From positions 1-54,358 of the IMG/VR virus record IMGVR_UViG_3300023174_000214: a stretch of 54,358 nt of DNA; one strand, written 5' to 3'. The notes beneath the pieces were generated by a model, which was not told where the DNA came from, ran no database searches, and saw only the letters and a program-made list of their open reading frames with translations. The position numbers and the translations under genes are program-made. The DNA is from a virus. Taxonomy: Duplodnaviria; Caudoviricetes. Positions 20,215 to 29,416 of the stretch are shown in pieces. Numbering within the stretch: the first letter of the stretch is position 1; each line of letters opens with the position of its first letter.

Positions 20215-20251
20215 ATTTCCAACGAGTTACATATATAGAATCTAAATATAT

Positions 20252-20303
20252 GTAAATGATTCATTACCAATCACATACAACTTATTGATTACCAAACAAC
20301 TAC
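20252..20303. repeat. two overlapping 27-bp pseudo-palindromic units with IHF-consensus half-sites
   Basis: GTAAATGATTCATTACCAATCACATAC and ACAACTTATTGATTACCAAACAACTAC; same doublet architecture at 34711-34762. Confidence 0.55.
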
Positions 20304-20318
20304 ATATTAGATTTAAAA

Positions 20319-20410
20319 ATATATGTAAGTGATTGATTCTCCCTGATATTTTTTTGAAAATAATTGCTAAAAAATTTTTTTATAAGCAGGAAAGTAGTAC
20401 TTTTACCCTA
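20319..20410 (+). promoter_or_regulatory. conserved ~90-nt early-promoter cassette, copy A
   Basis: TTGATTCTCCCTGA..TTTTTGAAAATAATTGCT..TTTTTTTAT..TACTTTTACCCT; homologous to copies at 24411 and 29282. Confidence 0.7.
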
Positions 20411-20455
20411 ATCGACCAATATCGGTCAGCATATAATAAAAAAAATTAATAAGTT

Positions 20456-20875
20456 ATGGCAATCAAAAACAATTACTGGAAAACATTAAGTAAAATAGAA
20501 CGTCACTACACAGCTTGGCCTGGCGGATGGGAAATATATGTACACACAAGACAAGCAAGCATATCTTTCGGTAGAGATAAGACAGGCGCATTAACTCACT
20601 TTGATCCACCTAAGCTGAGAATGGAAACTTATTATGATATACCAAAAGGATGCACAAAAGAGGCAAGAGCTGGTTTCAGAAAAGCATTAGCACGCGATAA
20701 ACGAATTGCTCAGTCAGTTACTACAAGAGCTGAGTATGAAGCATTATGGAGAAGAATCGATGAAGGTGATTGGGAATTTATTGAAGAGAAAGATTTAAAA
20801 GATGAAGCGCTAGTATACTGGGCGAACAATACTCGTACAGCTGATGAGTACTATAGATTGCTTAGGTATAATTAA
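20456..20875 (+). CDS. hypothetical early protein
   Basis: First ORF after cassette A; AAGTTATG leader. Confidence 0.65.
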   Translation: MAIKNNYWKTLSKIERHYTAWPGGWEIYVHTRQASISFGRDKTGALTHFDPPKLRMETYYDIPKGCTKEARAGFRKALARDKRIAQSVTTRAEYEALWRRIDEGDWEFIEEKDLKDEALVYWANNTRTADEYYRLLRYN

Positions 20876-20895
20876 TCAAACAAAAATAATAAGTT

Positions 20896-21084
20896 ATGAA
20901 AAAAGAATTAAATGTTAAAAATGCACAAATAGGTGGTTATTTACATTTCTATATAAAAGATGGGGAACTTAAAAGAAAAATCATTCCAGCCGAGTTAAAA
21001 GATGCCTTTATAGACAAATTTGGGCATGATTTACTTAATGCTGATGAGAATGAAGTAGATGAGTTTATTAAAAATTTAAAATAA
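20896..21084 (+). CDS. hypothetical protein
   Basis: AAGTTATG leader. Confidence 0.6.
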   Translation: MKKELNVKNAQIGGYLHFYIKDGELKRKIIPAELKDAFIDKFGHDLLNADENEVDEFIKNLK

Positions 21085-21087
21085 GTT

Positions 21088-21204
21088 ATGGCAAATCCAC
21101 AATACAAAAATATAGGTTGGTCACCCCTCGGTATTCTCGTAGCATTAGGAATATCAGCGGGTACTGCAAACATAATTCTTTGGATATTAAAATTATTAAA
21201 CTAA
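21088..21204 (+). CDS. small membrane protein (38 aa, not in ORF track)
   Basis: AAGTTATG leader; MANPQYKNIGWSPLGILVALGISAGTANIILWILKLLN. Confidence 0.5.
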   Translation: MANPQYKNIGWSPLGILVALGISAGTANIILWILKLLN

Positions 21205-21229
21205 ATATAAACAAAATAAAATAAAAGTT

Positions 21230-21460
21230 ATGGCAATTAAAAAGAAAAAAGAACGTTACGGAAAAATGGTAATTGATTTGACAGGACCTGATGGTAATGC
21301 ATTTGCATTATTGGGTTATGCAAGTAGATTAGGAAAGCAACTCGAATTAAGTAAAGAGCAACAAGAAAAGATTCGTATTGAAATGATGAGTAGCGATTAC
21401 GAGAATTTGATCAAAGTATTCGATCAGAATTTCGGAGACTACGTTGATTTAGAAAGATAA
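21230..21460 (+). CDS. conserved small phage protein
   Basis: IDLTGPDGNAFALLG..MMSSDYENLI..FD..FG motif, recognised from large phages. Confidence 0.7.
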   Translation: MAIKKKKERYGKMVIDLTGPDGNAFALLGYASRLGKQLELSKEQQEKIRIEMMSSDYENLIKVFDQNFGDYVDLER

Positions 21461-21502
21461 TTAATTAAACTAAAAAATAAAACTAAAATTAAAACAAAAG
21501 TT

Positions 21503-22639
21503 ATGGCACTATCTAAAAAAAGCTTATTGCAAGCAAAGCAAGTATTATCAGAAATTTTAGCATCAGGAGAAGATGTTATTGTTACACGCGCTACTCTCGA
21601 TAAAAAAATCGAGTTAGTTAAATTCCCCTATCTGAAGGATTCTCACATGAAAAATCCGCAGAATAGAACACTTTATGTAAATCAACAATACGATCCTATT
21701 CGTTATTGGATGATTAATAATGGATTTTTGTCTTTTAGTAAAGACAATCGAAGTCGATACAACTATAAAGTTAATAAAGATAAAATACGTTCATTATTAC
21801 GATTAGGCGATACTGCATCATATTCTAACAATATTAAAAACCCCAATCCACCAGTTATGACAAAAAGAGAAAAAATATTCAGACACATCGAAGACAATGG
21901 AAATGCAATGCGTTACACTGATATTATTAAATTTGCTTACGAATTGAGTTATGGTAAGGGTTCATTCGACAAGAAAGAAAATCGAGGCTATTATTCTTCT
22001 GCATTCTCTTATCACTCTTATTTTAGTTGGTTATCAGACGCTAAATACAAAAAAGTTGGTGCACCAAAAGGGCACTTCGTAATTCCTACAAGAAATGGTT
22101 ATTTAGTAAAATTGCCAACTGGAAATTGGAGTGTTGTACGTCCTTCTAATTACATACGTAAAACATACGATACAATATTAGTGCCTGATGTTTCAAATAA
22201 TACACCAGAAACATGTTTACCTAAAGAAGAATATAACGATATGTGTAACACTCTAAAAAAATATAATATTAAGCCATTTGAATTAGATGAGCTTGCTACA
22301 AAATATTGGGAAGAAAAGCAATGCGATGTGGCTTCATCATATCATTTCGCTTACTATGATCTTCTAGAAAAAGGTGGTGCTATATCAGATGCGACTAGAG
22401 ATCTACAAAAAGAAATAGAAGCATTGGCTGATAGCATGATTGCTGAAGATAAAAAAGAAGTAAAATATCAGAAATATATTGTTATATCTAGATCAGATAA
22501 CTATTATGAAGGAATATTCACAGCGTCTGAATTAGAAACATTTTTTACTGAAAATGATCCAGAAGAATATATGATAATTGAAGCTGGTAATTTAATAACT
22601 CTTGAAAAGAAAGTAACAACAATATTCACAATAAAATAA
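21503..22639 (+). CDS. hypothetical multi-domain protein
   Basis: 378-aa ORF with AAGTTATG leader. Confidence 0.65.
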   Translation: MALSKKSLLQAKQVLSEILASGEDVIVTRATLDKKIELVKFPYLKDSHMKNPQNRTLYVNQQYDPIRYWMINNGFLSFSKDNRSRYNYKVNKDKIRSLLRLGDTASYSNNIKNPNPPVMTKREKIFRHIEDNGNAMRYTDIIKFAYELSYGKGSFDKKENRGYYSSAFSYHSYFSWLSDAKYKKVGAPKGHFVIPTRNGYLVKLPTGNWSVVRPSNYIRKTYDTILVPDVSNNTPETCLPKEEYNDMCNTLKKYNIKPFELDELATKYWEEKQCDVASSYHFAYYDLLEKGGAISDATRDLQKEIEALADSMIAEDKKEVKYQKYIVISRSDNYYEGIFTASELETFFTENDPEEYMIIEAGNLITLEKKVTTIFTIK

Positions 22640-22646
22640 TTTAATT

Positions 22647-22826
22647 ATGAAAAAGAATAACAGAATATCAACAGTAATATCTTTTACAAACGACTTTAAT
22701 GAATGGTGCAGACAATTTAATTTTGGATTTATGACGCCTCGACCCGACCAAAAACGAATCCACATACCAGGAGAATTTGATTCTTTAAAATTTAAAAAAA
22801 TAGTAGAAAAAAAGAAATTTGCATAA
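22647..22826 (+). CDS. hypothetical protein (59 aa, not in ORF track)
   Basis: ATG22647..TAA22826 fills the gap between genes. Confidence 0.45.
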   Translation: MKKNNRISTVISFTNDFNEWCRQFNFGFMTPRPDQKRIHIPGEFDSLKFKKIVEKKKFA

Positions 22827-22827
22827 A

Positions 22828-23226
22828 ATGAAAATAAAATTAAATCATCACACAGCTGGAAAGATTTTGCATTGGTGCATAGAAAAATATGGACCAAGTA
22901 AAATAAACGGCAATAGATTATATATGCAATATAGAAGGCCAACCCATGATCAAGAAGGGTTGGCTGGATATTACGATAAAGATGATGATCTAATATACGT
23001 AAATAAAGATCTCAATACATCTCTAAAAGAGTTGACTAAGACTATCATACATGAATATACTCATTATAGGTGTCATAATATGAATCATTATCACATATTA
23101 GCAAAATACGTAGATTACGATTCTAATCCTATGGAAATAGAAGCTGAGCGAATAGAAAATAGAGACTATAAAGAGTGCGTGACATATATAAAAAAAACAT
23201 GTCAAAAAAACAAATCAACCGAATAA
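22828..23226 (+). CDS. HExxH zinc metallopeptidase-like protein
   Basis: TIIHEYTH..NPMEIEA; ATG22828 preferred over TTG22819. Confidence 0.65.
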   Translation: MKIKLNHHTAGKILHWCIEKYGPSKINGNRLYMQYRRPTHDQEGLAGYYDKDDDLIYVNKDLNTSLKELTKTIIHEYTHYRCHNMNHYHILAKYVDYDSNPMEIEAERIENRDYKECVTYIKKTCQKNKSTE

Positions 23227-23256
23227 ACAAGTATTTATAATTAGAAAAATAAAAGG

Positions 23257-23469
23257 GTGGTATTACAACAAAAGATAGATAAATTAGCAGAGTTAACAGT
23301 GCCTGATAAAGTTCATCCATTGTTACATGTAAATTGTCAGACCGCTTGGACAAATGCAGTTATAGATCTAATAAAGACAAAAACAATAAAAGCAGATTAT
23401 CAGTCATTGATGTTATTAGCTAAAAATTGGGAATACGTTTTGTATAAAACATATAGCAATTTAAATTAA
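23257..23469 (+). CDS. hypothetical protein
   Basis: GTG-start ORF after TATTTATA at 23232. Confidence 0.45.
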   Translation: MVLQQKIDKLAELTVPDKVHPLLHVNCQTAWTNAVIDLIKTKTIKADYQSLMLLAKNWEYVLYKTYSNLN

Positions 23470-23475
23470 TAGAGA

Positions 23476-23790
23476 ATGCATTTTTTACAAGCGCCTGTCG
23501 GCCAAATTTCAGAAATATTATTACAATACGGAGTACTAGGTATCTTAGCTCTTGTTCTTGGTTATTTTGCATGGCATACATACAAACAAATAGCTAAAAA
23601 AAATGATGAAGAATATAATAGATTAGTAGAAAGAAACGAAAGACTAGAGCAAGAGGTCGAAAATCTAAGACAAGACATGATGAAGCTTATAGTAGAAGAA
23701 AGAGATCGTATGGCAAACTTAGTTAAAGCAAATACTGATGCATTAAATGAATTACGCAGAACAATTACAGAATTCATAATCCGCTCATAA
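23476..23790 (+). CDS. membrane-anchored coiled-coil protein (holin-like)
   Basis: LLQYGVLGILALVLGYFAW TM segment followed by coiled coil. Confidence 0.55.
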   Translation: MHFLQAPVGQISEILLQYGVLGILALVLGYFAWHTYKQIAKKNDEEYNRLVERNERLEQEVENLRQDMMKLIVEERDRMANLVKANTDALNELRRTITEFIIRS

Positions 23791-24069
23791 GTGACAAACA
23801 AGTCTACCATATTAAATAAATTGGCAGACAAGTTACTTAAATCAAAAGATTTATCTGATCAATTTAATTCGTCTAGAGAAAAATCCAATAGAATAAAAAA
23901 GCTTCACGAGAGTTTAACTGAGAAGTATAAATTTAATATCCGCCGAGGATACTCAAATACGGATGTAGAAAACGATATAAACTTTCTAAAAAAATCAGAA
24001 AAGAAATTAACACTTTCAGATGATGAAAACAAAAAATTAGATTTATTATTTTTCAAGTATCGCATTTAA
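23791..24069 (+). CDS. hypothetical basic protein
   Basis: GTG start directly after upstream stop. Confidence 0.5.
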   Translation: MTNKSTILNKLADKLLKSKDLSDQFNSSREKSNRIKKLHESLTEKYKFNIRRGYSNTDVENDINFLKKSEKKLTLSDDENKKLDLLFFKYRI

Positions 24070-24145
24070 GTCGATCTTATCATATTTATATAAGATAAAA
24101 AATGGTTAAGTATTTAACCAATTAATAACAAAAAAATAAAAACAA

Positions 24146-24325
24146 ATGAACAAAGAACAAATTTTAGGAATTATCCGTCACGCTTTAACTTTTGTTGGTG
24201 GTATCTTCATCATCAAAGGAATGTCTACTGAAGCTGTAACTCAAGAGACAATCGGAGCAATCATGACAGCAGTTGGTGCTGTTTGGTCTTTCATAAAAAA
24301 CAAAGCAACAACTAAAGCATCTTAA
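24146..24325 (+). CDS. putative 2-TM holin (59 aa, not in ORF track)
   Basis: MNKEQILGIIRHALTFVGGIFIIKG..IGAIMTAVGAVWSFIKNK; RHxLTxxGG..WS pattern of small phage holins. Confidence 0.65.
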   Translation: MNKEQILGIIRHALTFVGGIFIIKGMSTEAVTQETIGAIMTAVGAVWSFIKNKATTKAS

Positions 24326-24347
24326 TTTATTATCTATCTATTTGGTG

Positions 24348-24376
24348 AGGGCCCCCTACATGGGGGCCTTTCTATT
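24348..24376 (+). terminator. intrinsic terminator-like hairpin
   Basis: AGGGCCCCC-TACAT-GGGGGCCTT followed by TCTATT. Confidence 0.6.
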
Positions 24377-24410
24377 GGGAATCAATTAGTTAAGGGTATT
24401 AAGAAAAAGT

Positions 24411-24502
24411 ATATACATAAAGCGTTGGTTCTCCCTGAAGTATTTTTAAAATAGTTGCTAAATTATTTTTTTATGTCAACAGTACGCGGTACTTTTACCC
24501 TG
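24411..24502 (+). promoter_or_regulatory. conserved ~90-nt early-promoter cassette, copy B
   Basis: TAAAGCGTTGGTTCTCCCTGAAGTATTTTTAAAATAGTTGCT..TACTTTTACCCT. Confidence 0.7.
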
Positions 24503-24547
24503 TTCTCGACAATAAAGCCATCAAATTATAAAAAAAAATAATAAGTT

Positions 24548-25330
24548 ATGAAAAAATTAAACTACAAAAATGCTGCTCAAGCAAAACGCGAAACTGGACT
24601 TTCTTACATTGGTGCTACTAATTCAAGTGCTAAGATCTTAAAAAACGAAAAGTATAACGAACTTACTTACATCATCTATCTGGCGCCTGCCAACCTGAGT
24701 GGATACGAAGTGTGTCCTAAACGTACAGAAGAATGTACGCATGCATGTTTATTTGGCAGCGGCCAAGTTATCATGGATAAAACGAATCGTATTGTTGAAT
24801 CACGTATCAAGAAGACACAGATGTTCTTTACTAACAGAGAATATTTTATGGCTTGGGTTGTAAAAGAAATCGAACAAGCTAAAGCGAAAGCTGAAAAGAA
24901 AGGTATGAAGTTCTCAGTACGTTTAAATGGTACTTCGGATTTGCAACCTACATTATTCAAGCATAATGGTAAAGTGTTATTCGATATATTTCCAGATGTT
25001 CAATTCTACGATTATACAAAAGTAGCCAATCGTTTCTATTTGCCAGATCAGTATCTAAACTATGATCTTACATTCAGTTATTCTGGACACAATTGGGACG
25101 AATGCGAGCATATATTAAATAATGAGTATGGTCGTGTCGCAGTCGTATTTGAAAAGAGTTTACCTGAAACATACAAAGGTTATAAGGTTATCGATGGCGA
25201 TGCATACGATATGCGATATGTAGACGATAAGAATGTTATTGTAGGTCTCAAATTCAAAAGAGTTAAAAACAAAGTAGAAAAAACTAATAATGCTTTCATC
25301 GTTGCAATAGACGATATTAATAGAAAATAA
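24548..25330 (+). CDS. GP88-like phage protein (Cys-triad, possibly Fe-S)
   Basis: YLAPA..CPKRTEECTHAC, RLNGTSD, QFYDYTK, YDLTFS, VIDGD..D.R, VGLKFK. Confidence 0.6.
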   Translation: MKKLNYKNAAQAKRETGLSYIGATNSSAKILKNEKYNELTYIIYLAPANLSGYEVCPKRTEECTHACLFGSGQVIMDKTNRIVESRIKKTQMFFTNREYFMAWVVKEIEQAKAKAEKKGMKFSVRLNGTSDLQPTLFKHNGKVLFDIFPDVQFYDYTKVANRFYLPDQYLNYDLTFSYSGHNWDECEHILNNEYGRVAVVFEKSLPETYKGYKVIDGDAYDMRYVDDKNVIVGLKFKRVKNKVEKTNNAFIVAIDDINRK

Positions 25331-25354
25331 TTAATCACAATAAAAAATAAAGTT

Positions 25355-25549
25355 ATGAAACATCAATTTTCAATTCAAACACCAAGAGCAAAGTATCTCA
25401 TCGATGAAATGGGAGACAGATTAGAAATCGTTACACAAGATCCTGAATGGACAAGAGTACAAATTACTATTAATTCTGGATTAGACTTACTACAAGTTTA
25501 CCATGCTGGTTGCAAAACTGGATTAGAAGCTGGAATGGCAATAAATTAA
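25355..25549 (+). CDS. hypothetical protein
   Basis: Junction-motif leader. Confidence 0.6.
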   Translation: MKHQFSIQTPRAKYLIDEMGDRLEIVTQDPEWTRVQITINSGLDLLQVYHAGCKTGLEAGMAIN

Positions 25550-25574
25550 TTAATCAAAAAATAAAATTAAAGTT

Positions 25575-25949
25575 ATGAACAAAGAATTTATCCCTTACGA
25601 ACAAGCATTAGCTTTAAAAGAATTAGGATTTGATGAACCTTGTTTTGCTTGGTTTATTTTAGAAGGTGATGGAGCAAAATCAAGACTTGTGCTTGAAAAA
25701 TGTCCCAAACAAGATTTGGGATTATGTTTAGCACCACTTTACCAACAAGCATTTAGATGGTTTAGAGAAAAGGGTTTGTATTACGATATTAAAATGTTTG
25801 GTGATTTGGATAAACCACAATACTCATACATTGTTTTAAGTAGAATTGAAAATCCTGCAAAGATGTACTATTATGAAGATAAAGATTCTTACGAAGAAGC
25901 AGAGCTTGCTTGTCTAAATAAATTAATCCAAATAATAAAAACTAAGTAG
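25575..25949 (+). CDS. conserved Bacteroidota-phage small protein
   Basis: EFIPYEQALALKELGFDEPCF..APLYQQAFRWFREK..YEEAELACL family pattern. Confidence 0.7.
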   Translation: MNKEFIPYEQALALKELGFDEPCFAWFILEGDGAKSRLVLEKCPKQDLGLCLAPLYQQAFRWFREKGLYYDIKMFGDLDKPQYSYIVLSRIENPAKMYYYEDKDSYEEAELACLNKLIQIIKTK

Positions 25950-25951
25950 TT

Positions 25952-26203
25952 ATGAAATACATACTAACAACTAATAAAGATATTTACGAAGAGTGTTGTG
26001 GCTCAACAGCACTTAGACATAAAAAAGGCAGTAAAGTAGCAATGAGCGAAAAGCACTTTAATGAATTAAAAGAGACTGGCACTGTCGAATTAATTTCAGG
26101 ATTCCGCGAATATATATCTACTGCTAAATATCAACTATCAGACTTCGAATCAGAAGTAACTGTCGAAAAACAAATTAATCAAAAAATAAAATTAAAGTTA
26201 TGA
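25952..26203 (+). CDS. hypothetical protein
   Basis: C-terminus QINQKIKLKL is read through the junction repeat. Confidence 0.55.
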   Translation: MKYILTTNKDIYEECCGSTALRHKKGSKVAMSEKHFNELKETGTVELISGFREYISTAKYQLSDFESEVTVEKQINQKIKLKL

Positions 26204-26523
26204 CACCAAGACAATTCAATGAATTACAACGTCAAGCGGATGTAATTGAACAAGCCGCGAAACAAAAAATTGTAAAAGAAGCAATGGATCTGTATATAGA
26301 GACTGTGCCTCTTGAGACAAAAGATATAAATGTTGAGTCTGAGAAATGGCATCATTTATATTCTCAAGAATGTAAACTATTTGATTTGCTTCGCAAAATG
26401 AATTGGGAACAAGGCGAAGAGTACAGGCATCAAGTTAGAATATATAATATCAATCATGGCATTTCAAATGAAAATCCTTGTTCTGAAGAAGATCTATATG
26501 AAAACGAAGATGAAAATTGTTAA
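26200..26523 (+). CDS. hypothetical protein
   Basis: AAGTTATG leader. Confidence 0.6.
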   Translation: MTPRQFNELQRQADVIEQAAKQKIVKEAMDLYIETVPLETKDINVESEKWHHLYSQECKLFDLLRKMNWEQGEEYRHQVRIYNINHGISNENPCSEEDLYENEDENC

Positions 26524-26542
26524 TCATTAAAAAATAAAAGTT

Positions 26543-26791
26543 ATGAAAATAAAATTAGAAATGTGTAAGTGTTTTAAATGCGGTAATGATATGCCACTAC
26601 TTCGTAAAATAAAATACGGTTATAATAATTGTATAAACTGTTCCACTGTTCAACAAGTAGGCGGAGTGCAAATCGCTAATCATAAAACAGGAAACGAGAT
26701 ACAAATCATGCCAATGGAATTGGCGAATAAAATGAATATGCTGGCTTCAAGACAAGGTTATGGTGTTTGTTCAGGTATGAAACATAATTAA
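26543..26791 (+). CDS. TraR/DksA-like C4 zinc-finger protein
   Basis: CFKCGNDMPLLR..GYNNCINC; paralog at 32831. Confidence 0.55.
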   Translation: MKIKLEMCKCFKCGNDMPLLRKIKYGYNNCINCSTVQQVGGVQIANHKTGNEIQIMPMELANKMNMLASRQGYGVCSGMKHN

Positions 26792-26810
26792 TCAAATAAA
26801 AATAAAAGTT

Positions 26811-27071
26811 ATGAACAAGAAAGAAATTAGAAATGCTATCAACAAATCTGTGTATATTTATGCAGAATCTTTAGGTTATACTGTATCTGACGATAATGAT
26901 GGATCATACGTTACTTTTAGTAAGAGTCACTCTGATAATAATAATACTATCGACTACGGCAGATCTACACACTCTGCTTGCTGTTTGAATTGGGCAAAAC
27001 AAGAAGTTAAATCTGATACATATAAAATAAATCAATTCGCGAAAAATCAAATTAGAATGTATGAAAAATAA
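26811..27071 (+). CDS. hypothetical protein
   Basis: Junction-motif leader. Confidence 0.6.
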   Translation: MNKKEIRNAINKSVYIYAESLGYTVSDDNDGSYVTFSKSHSDNNNTIDYGRSTHSACCLNWAKQEVKSDTYKINQFAKNQIRMYEK

Positions 27072-27810
27072 AACAATAGTATTAGGTGATACACACGGAA
27101 GATCTGTATGGAAACTAATAGTTGAAATGGAAAAACCTGATAGAGTTATCTTTATAGGCGATTATTTTGATTCGTTTGATATCAAAGGCGTAGATCAACT
27201 AAGTAACTTTCAGGACATAATAGCATTTAAGGAAAGCGGTCAATGCGAAGTAATTATGTTGATTGGCAATCATGATCACCACTACTTTCCAGAAATAGGA
27301 GACACAGGCACAAGTGGCTATCAACATTTATTAGCTCCATCAATTCAATATGTTATAGATCAAAATAGACAGCATCTACAAATGGCCTACCAAATGGATG
27401 AGTTTTTATTTACACACGCTGGCGTAAGTAGTGATTTTATGGATAGTGTATTTGGTAAAGGCGATTGGAAAGTAGAGACTATAGTTGATGATTTAAATGA
27501 AATGTTTAAACACAAACCTAAAACATTTGAATTTGGAATGGCTATTAGCGCTAAACAAATATATTCGATGGATCCTTCAGGTGATAACGTAGAACAGTCA
27601 CCAATATGGATACGTCCAAGATCATTAATGAATGCCAATTACAATACGCTACGTAAACAAGTAGTACAAATAGTTGGTCACACTCAAGTAATAAAAATTG
27701 ATACTGAAGGAATGGCTACTGGAAATAGATATTGGTTTATAGATGCTTTAGGTACTAGTGGACAATATATGGTGATCAATGACGGTGAAATATCATTTAA
27801 CAAAATATAA
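27061..27810 (+). CDS. calcineurin-like metallophosphoesterase
   Basis: GDTHG, GDYFD, GNHD, THAG, GHT motifs. Confidence 0.88.
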   Translation: MKNKTIVLGDTHGRSVWKLIVEMEKPDRVIFIGDYFDSFDIKGVDQLSNFQDIIAFKESGQCEVIMLIGNHDHHYFPEIGDTGTSGYQHLLAPSIQYVIDQNRQHLQMAYQMDEFLFTHAGVSSDFMDSVFGKGDWKVETIVDDLNEMFKHKPKTFEFGMAISAKQIYSMDPSGDNVEQSPIWIRPRSLMNANYNTLRKQVVQIVGHTQVIKIDTEGMATGNRYWFIDALGTSGQYMVINDGEISFNKI

Positions 27811-27815
27811 TTGCG

Positions 27816-28121
27816 ATGTTTTATATTATCTTAGAAACGCTTGTATTAGCACTTTTATGGTTTATTGTATCTAAAGGATGGGGATCTATTTACCAAATCG
27901 TATATAAAATAAAAAATAAAAAGAAATCATCAAAAGATTCACATGAAAGAGTTGGCAATATGATATTCATTATTTGGATTCTGCAATTGATGATTTGTAT
28001 TTTCGCATTATCAGACACAACAATACCAGAAAAATATTTCAGCATATATATGGACATTCAATTATTGTTCGTATTTTTATCAGTATTAACATTTATTAAT
28101 TACGTTATAAAAAACAAATAA
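27816..28121 (+). CDS. membrane protein (3 TM)
   Basis: Three hydrophobic segments. Confidence 0.55.
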   Translation: MFYIILETLVLALLWFIVSKGWGSIYQIVYKIKNKKKSSKDSHERVGNMIFIIWILQLMICIFALSDTTIPEKYFSIYMDIQLLFVFLSVLTFINYVIKNK

Positions 28122-28127
28122 AAAATT

Positions 28128-28325
28128 ATGAAACAACAAGAAGTTACGTTAGAAATGAAAATAGTTTTTGCAATCATTTTCATGGGATTGCTATCTAGCA
28201 TGTTTAGCTGTACAAAATCATCGTATCCATCAAAGAGAAAAATAAATAGAGCAATGAAATACTCCTCATGGGAATATGAGATGCCGAAAATAAAAAATAG
28301 TGTATCAATTTATTATAATAAATAG
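28128..28325 (+). CDS. putative small lipoprotein
   Basis: Hydrophobic stretch ending LLSSMFSC, then basic tail. Confidence 0.45.
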   Translation: MKQQEVTLEMKIVFAIIFMGLLSSMFSCTKSSYPSKRKINRAMKYSSWEYEMPKIKNSVSIYYNK

Positions 28326-28629
28326 AGACAATGGCATAGGATTTGCAATAGTATAGTAAAACCCAATACTATATGAAAACACTATTATGCACCCTGCTTG
28401 GTCACACGTGGATGACAGTATATTCATTCAGTCAAACTGTAAACATGAAATGCATTCGATGTTCAGAGCGACATTGCGAAAATTAAAAACAATATAACAT
28501 GAAAAATAGAGAATCCGAATTTTTAACTGCAATAATAATATCTGTTTCTACATTTTTGATGATGGTAATATCTATTGTAATTATAAGTTCTTACTAAGAA
28601 GAAAAAACTTTAATCACCTAAGAAATAGA

Positions 28630-28661
28630 TTGTATAAGTTAAAAAACAATCGTTATATTTA
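28630..28661 (+). promoter_or_regulatory. Bacteroidota-type promoter (TTG-N21-TATATTTA)
   Basis: TTG 28630-28632, TATATTTA 28654-28661 upstream of ATG28690. Confidence 0.5.
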
Positions 28662-28689
28662 CTACATAACAATAAAACAAAAACACGTT

Positions 28690-28983
28690 ATGAGCAAAAA
28701 CAAAACAAACCGTGCGTCAGTAAAGACCACATCCGTTGCAGAAAGCAATCGTCCTTCAAGTTACACGAAGTTGACTTACATTCAAAAAGTTAGCAGAGTT
28801 AATCGTAAGTTGCGCACAGGCGATATCAGCAAAATCGCAAGCGAAACAGGTTATTCAACGACTCACGTATCAGACGTAGTAAGTGGTAAACATGTAAACG
28901 AATCTATTATGAATCGTATTTATGATTTGACTCGCAATCGTCTTTCAAACGCGGTGAAGTTGTCGAAGATGACGAATAACTAA
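28690..28983 (+). CDS. HTH DNA-binding protein
   Basis: GDISKIASETGYSTTHVSDVVSG HTH; ATG28690 preferred over TTG28630. Confidence 0.65.
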   Translation: MSKNKTNRASVKTTSVAESNRPSSYTKLTYIQKVSRVNRKLRTGDISKIASETGYSTTHVSDVVSGKHVNESIMNRIYDLTRNRLSNAVKLSKMTNN

Positions 28984-29014
28984 TAAATTAGTTAGCTTTA
29001 ATTAAAACCACAAT

Positions 29015-29067
29015 AGATCAATTATTCATTTGCTTTTCTAGGCTGAATGTTTAATTGATCTTTTTTT
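29015..29067 (+). terminator. long hairpin followed by T-tract
   Basis: AGATCAATTA (29015-29024) pairs with TAATTGATCT (29052-29061), then a T-run. Confidence 0.6.
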
Positions 29068-29281
29068 ATATATGATATTTCACTTGATAATTAATTATAA
29101 TATGAGCAATATATACGTATATAAATGCCAATATAAAGTATATTCTGAGCTCACCCGATGCTCACCATTCTATCAAAAGGGGGCCGGCCAATAGGCTAAC
29201 ATGGGGGCCTACCCCTATATACACCCCAAGGGGCCCCTCATAACTAATTGAACACCAAAAACATATACATTCACTAGAAAT

Positions 29282-29374
29282 ATATGTGTAAAGCGTTGAT
29301 TCTCCCTGAAGTATTTTTGAAAATAATTGCTTAAATATTTTTTTATGTGAAACAGTCGTCGTATATTTACTCTA
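29282..29374 (+). promoter_or_regulatory. conserved ~90-nt early-promoter cassette, copy C
   Basis: TAAAGCGTTGATTCTCCCTGAAGTATTTTTGAAAATAATTGCT..GTCGTATATTTACTCT. Confidence 0.7.
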
Positions 29375-29416
29375 TTAACGGCAACAGACAGCCTAATCAT
29401 TAAAAAAAAACATAAT

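Larger units (their letters stand above)
25548..26203 (+). repeat. exact 31-bp direct repeat (25548-25578 and 26173-26203)
   Basis: AATTAATCAAAAAATAAAATTAAAGTTATGA twice, 625 bp apart. Confidence 0.75.
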
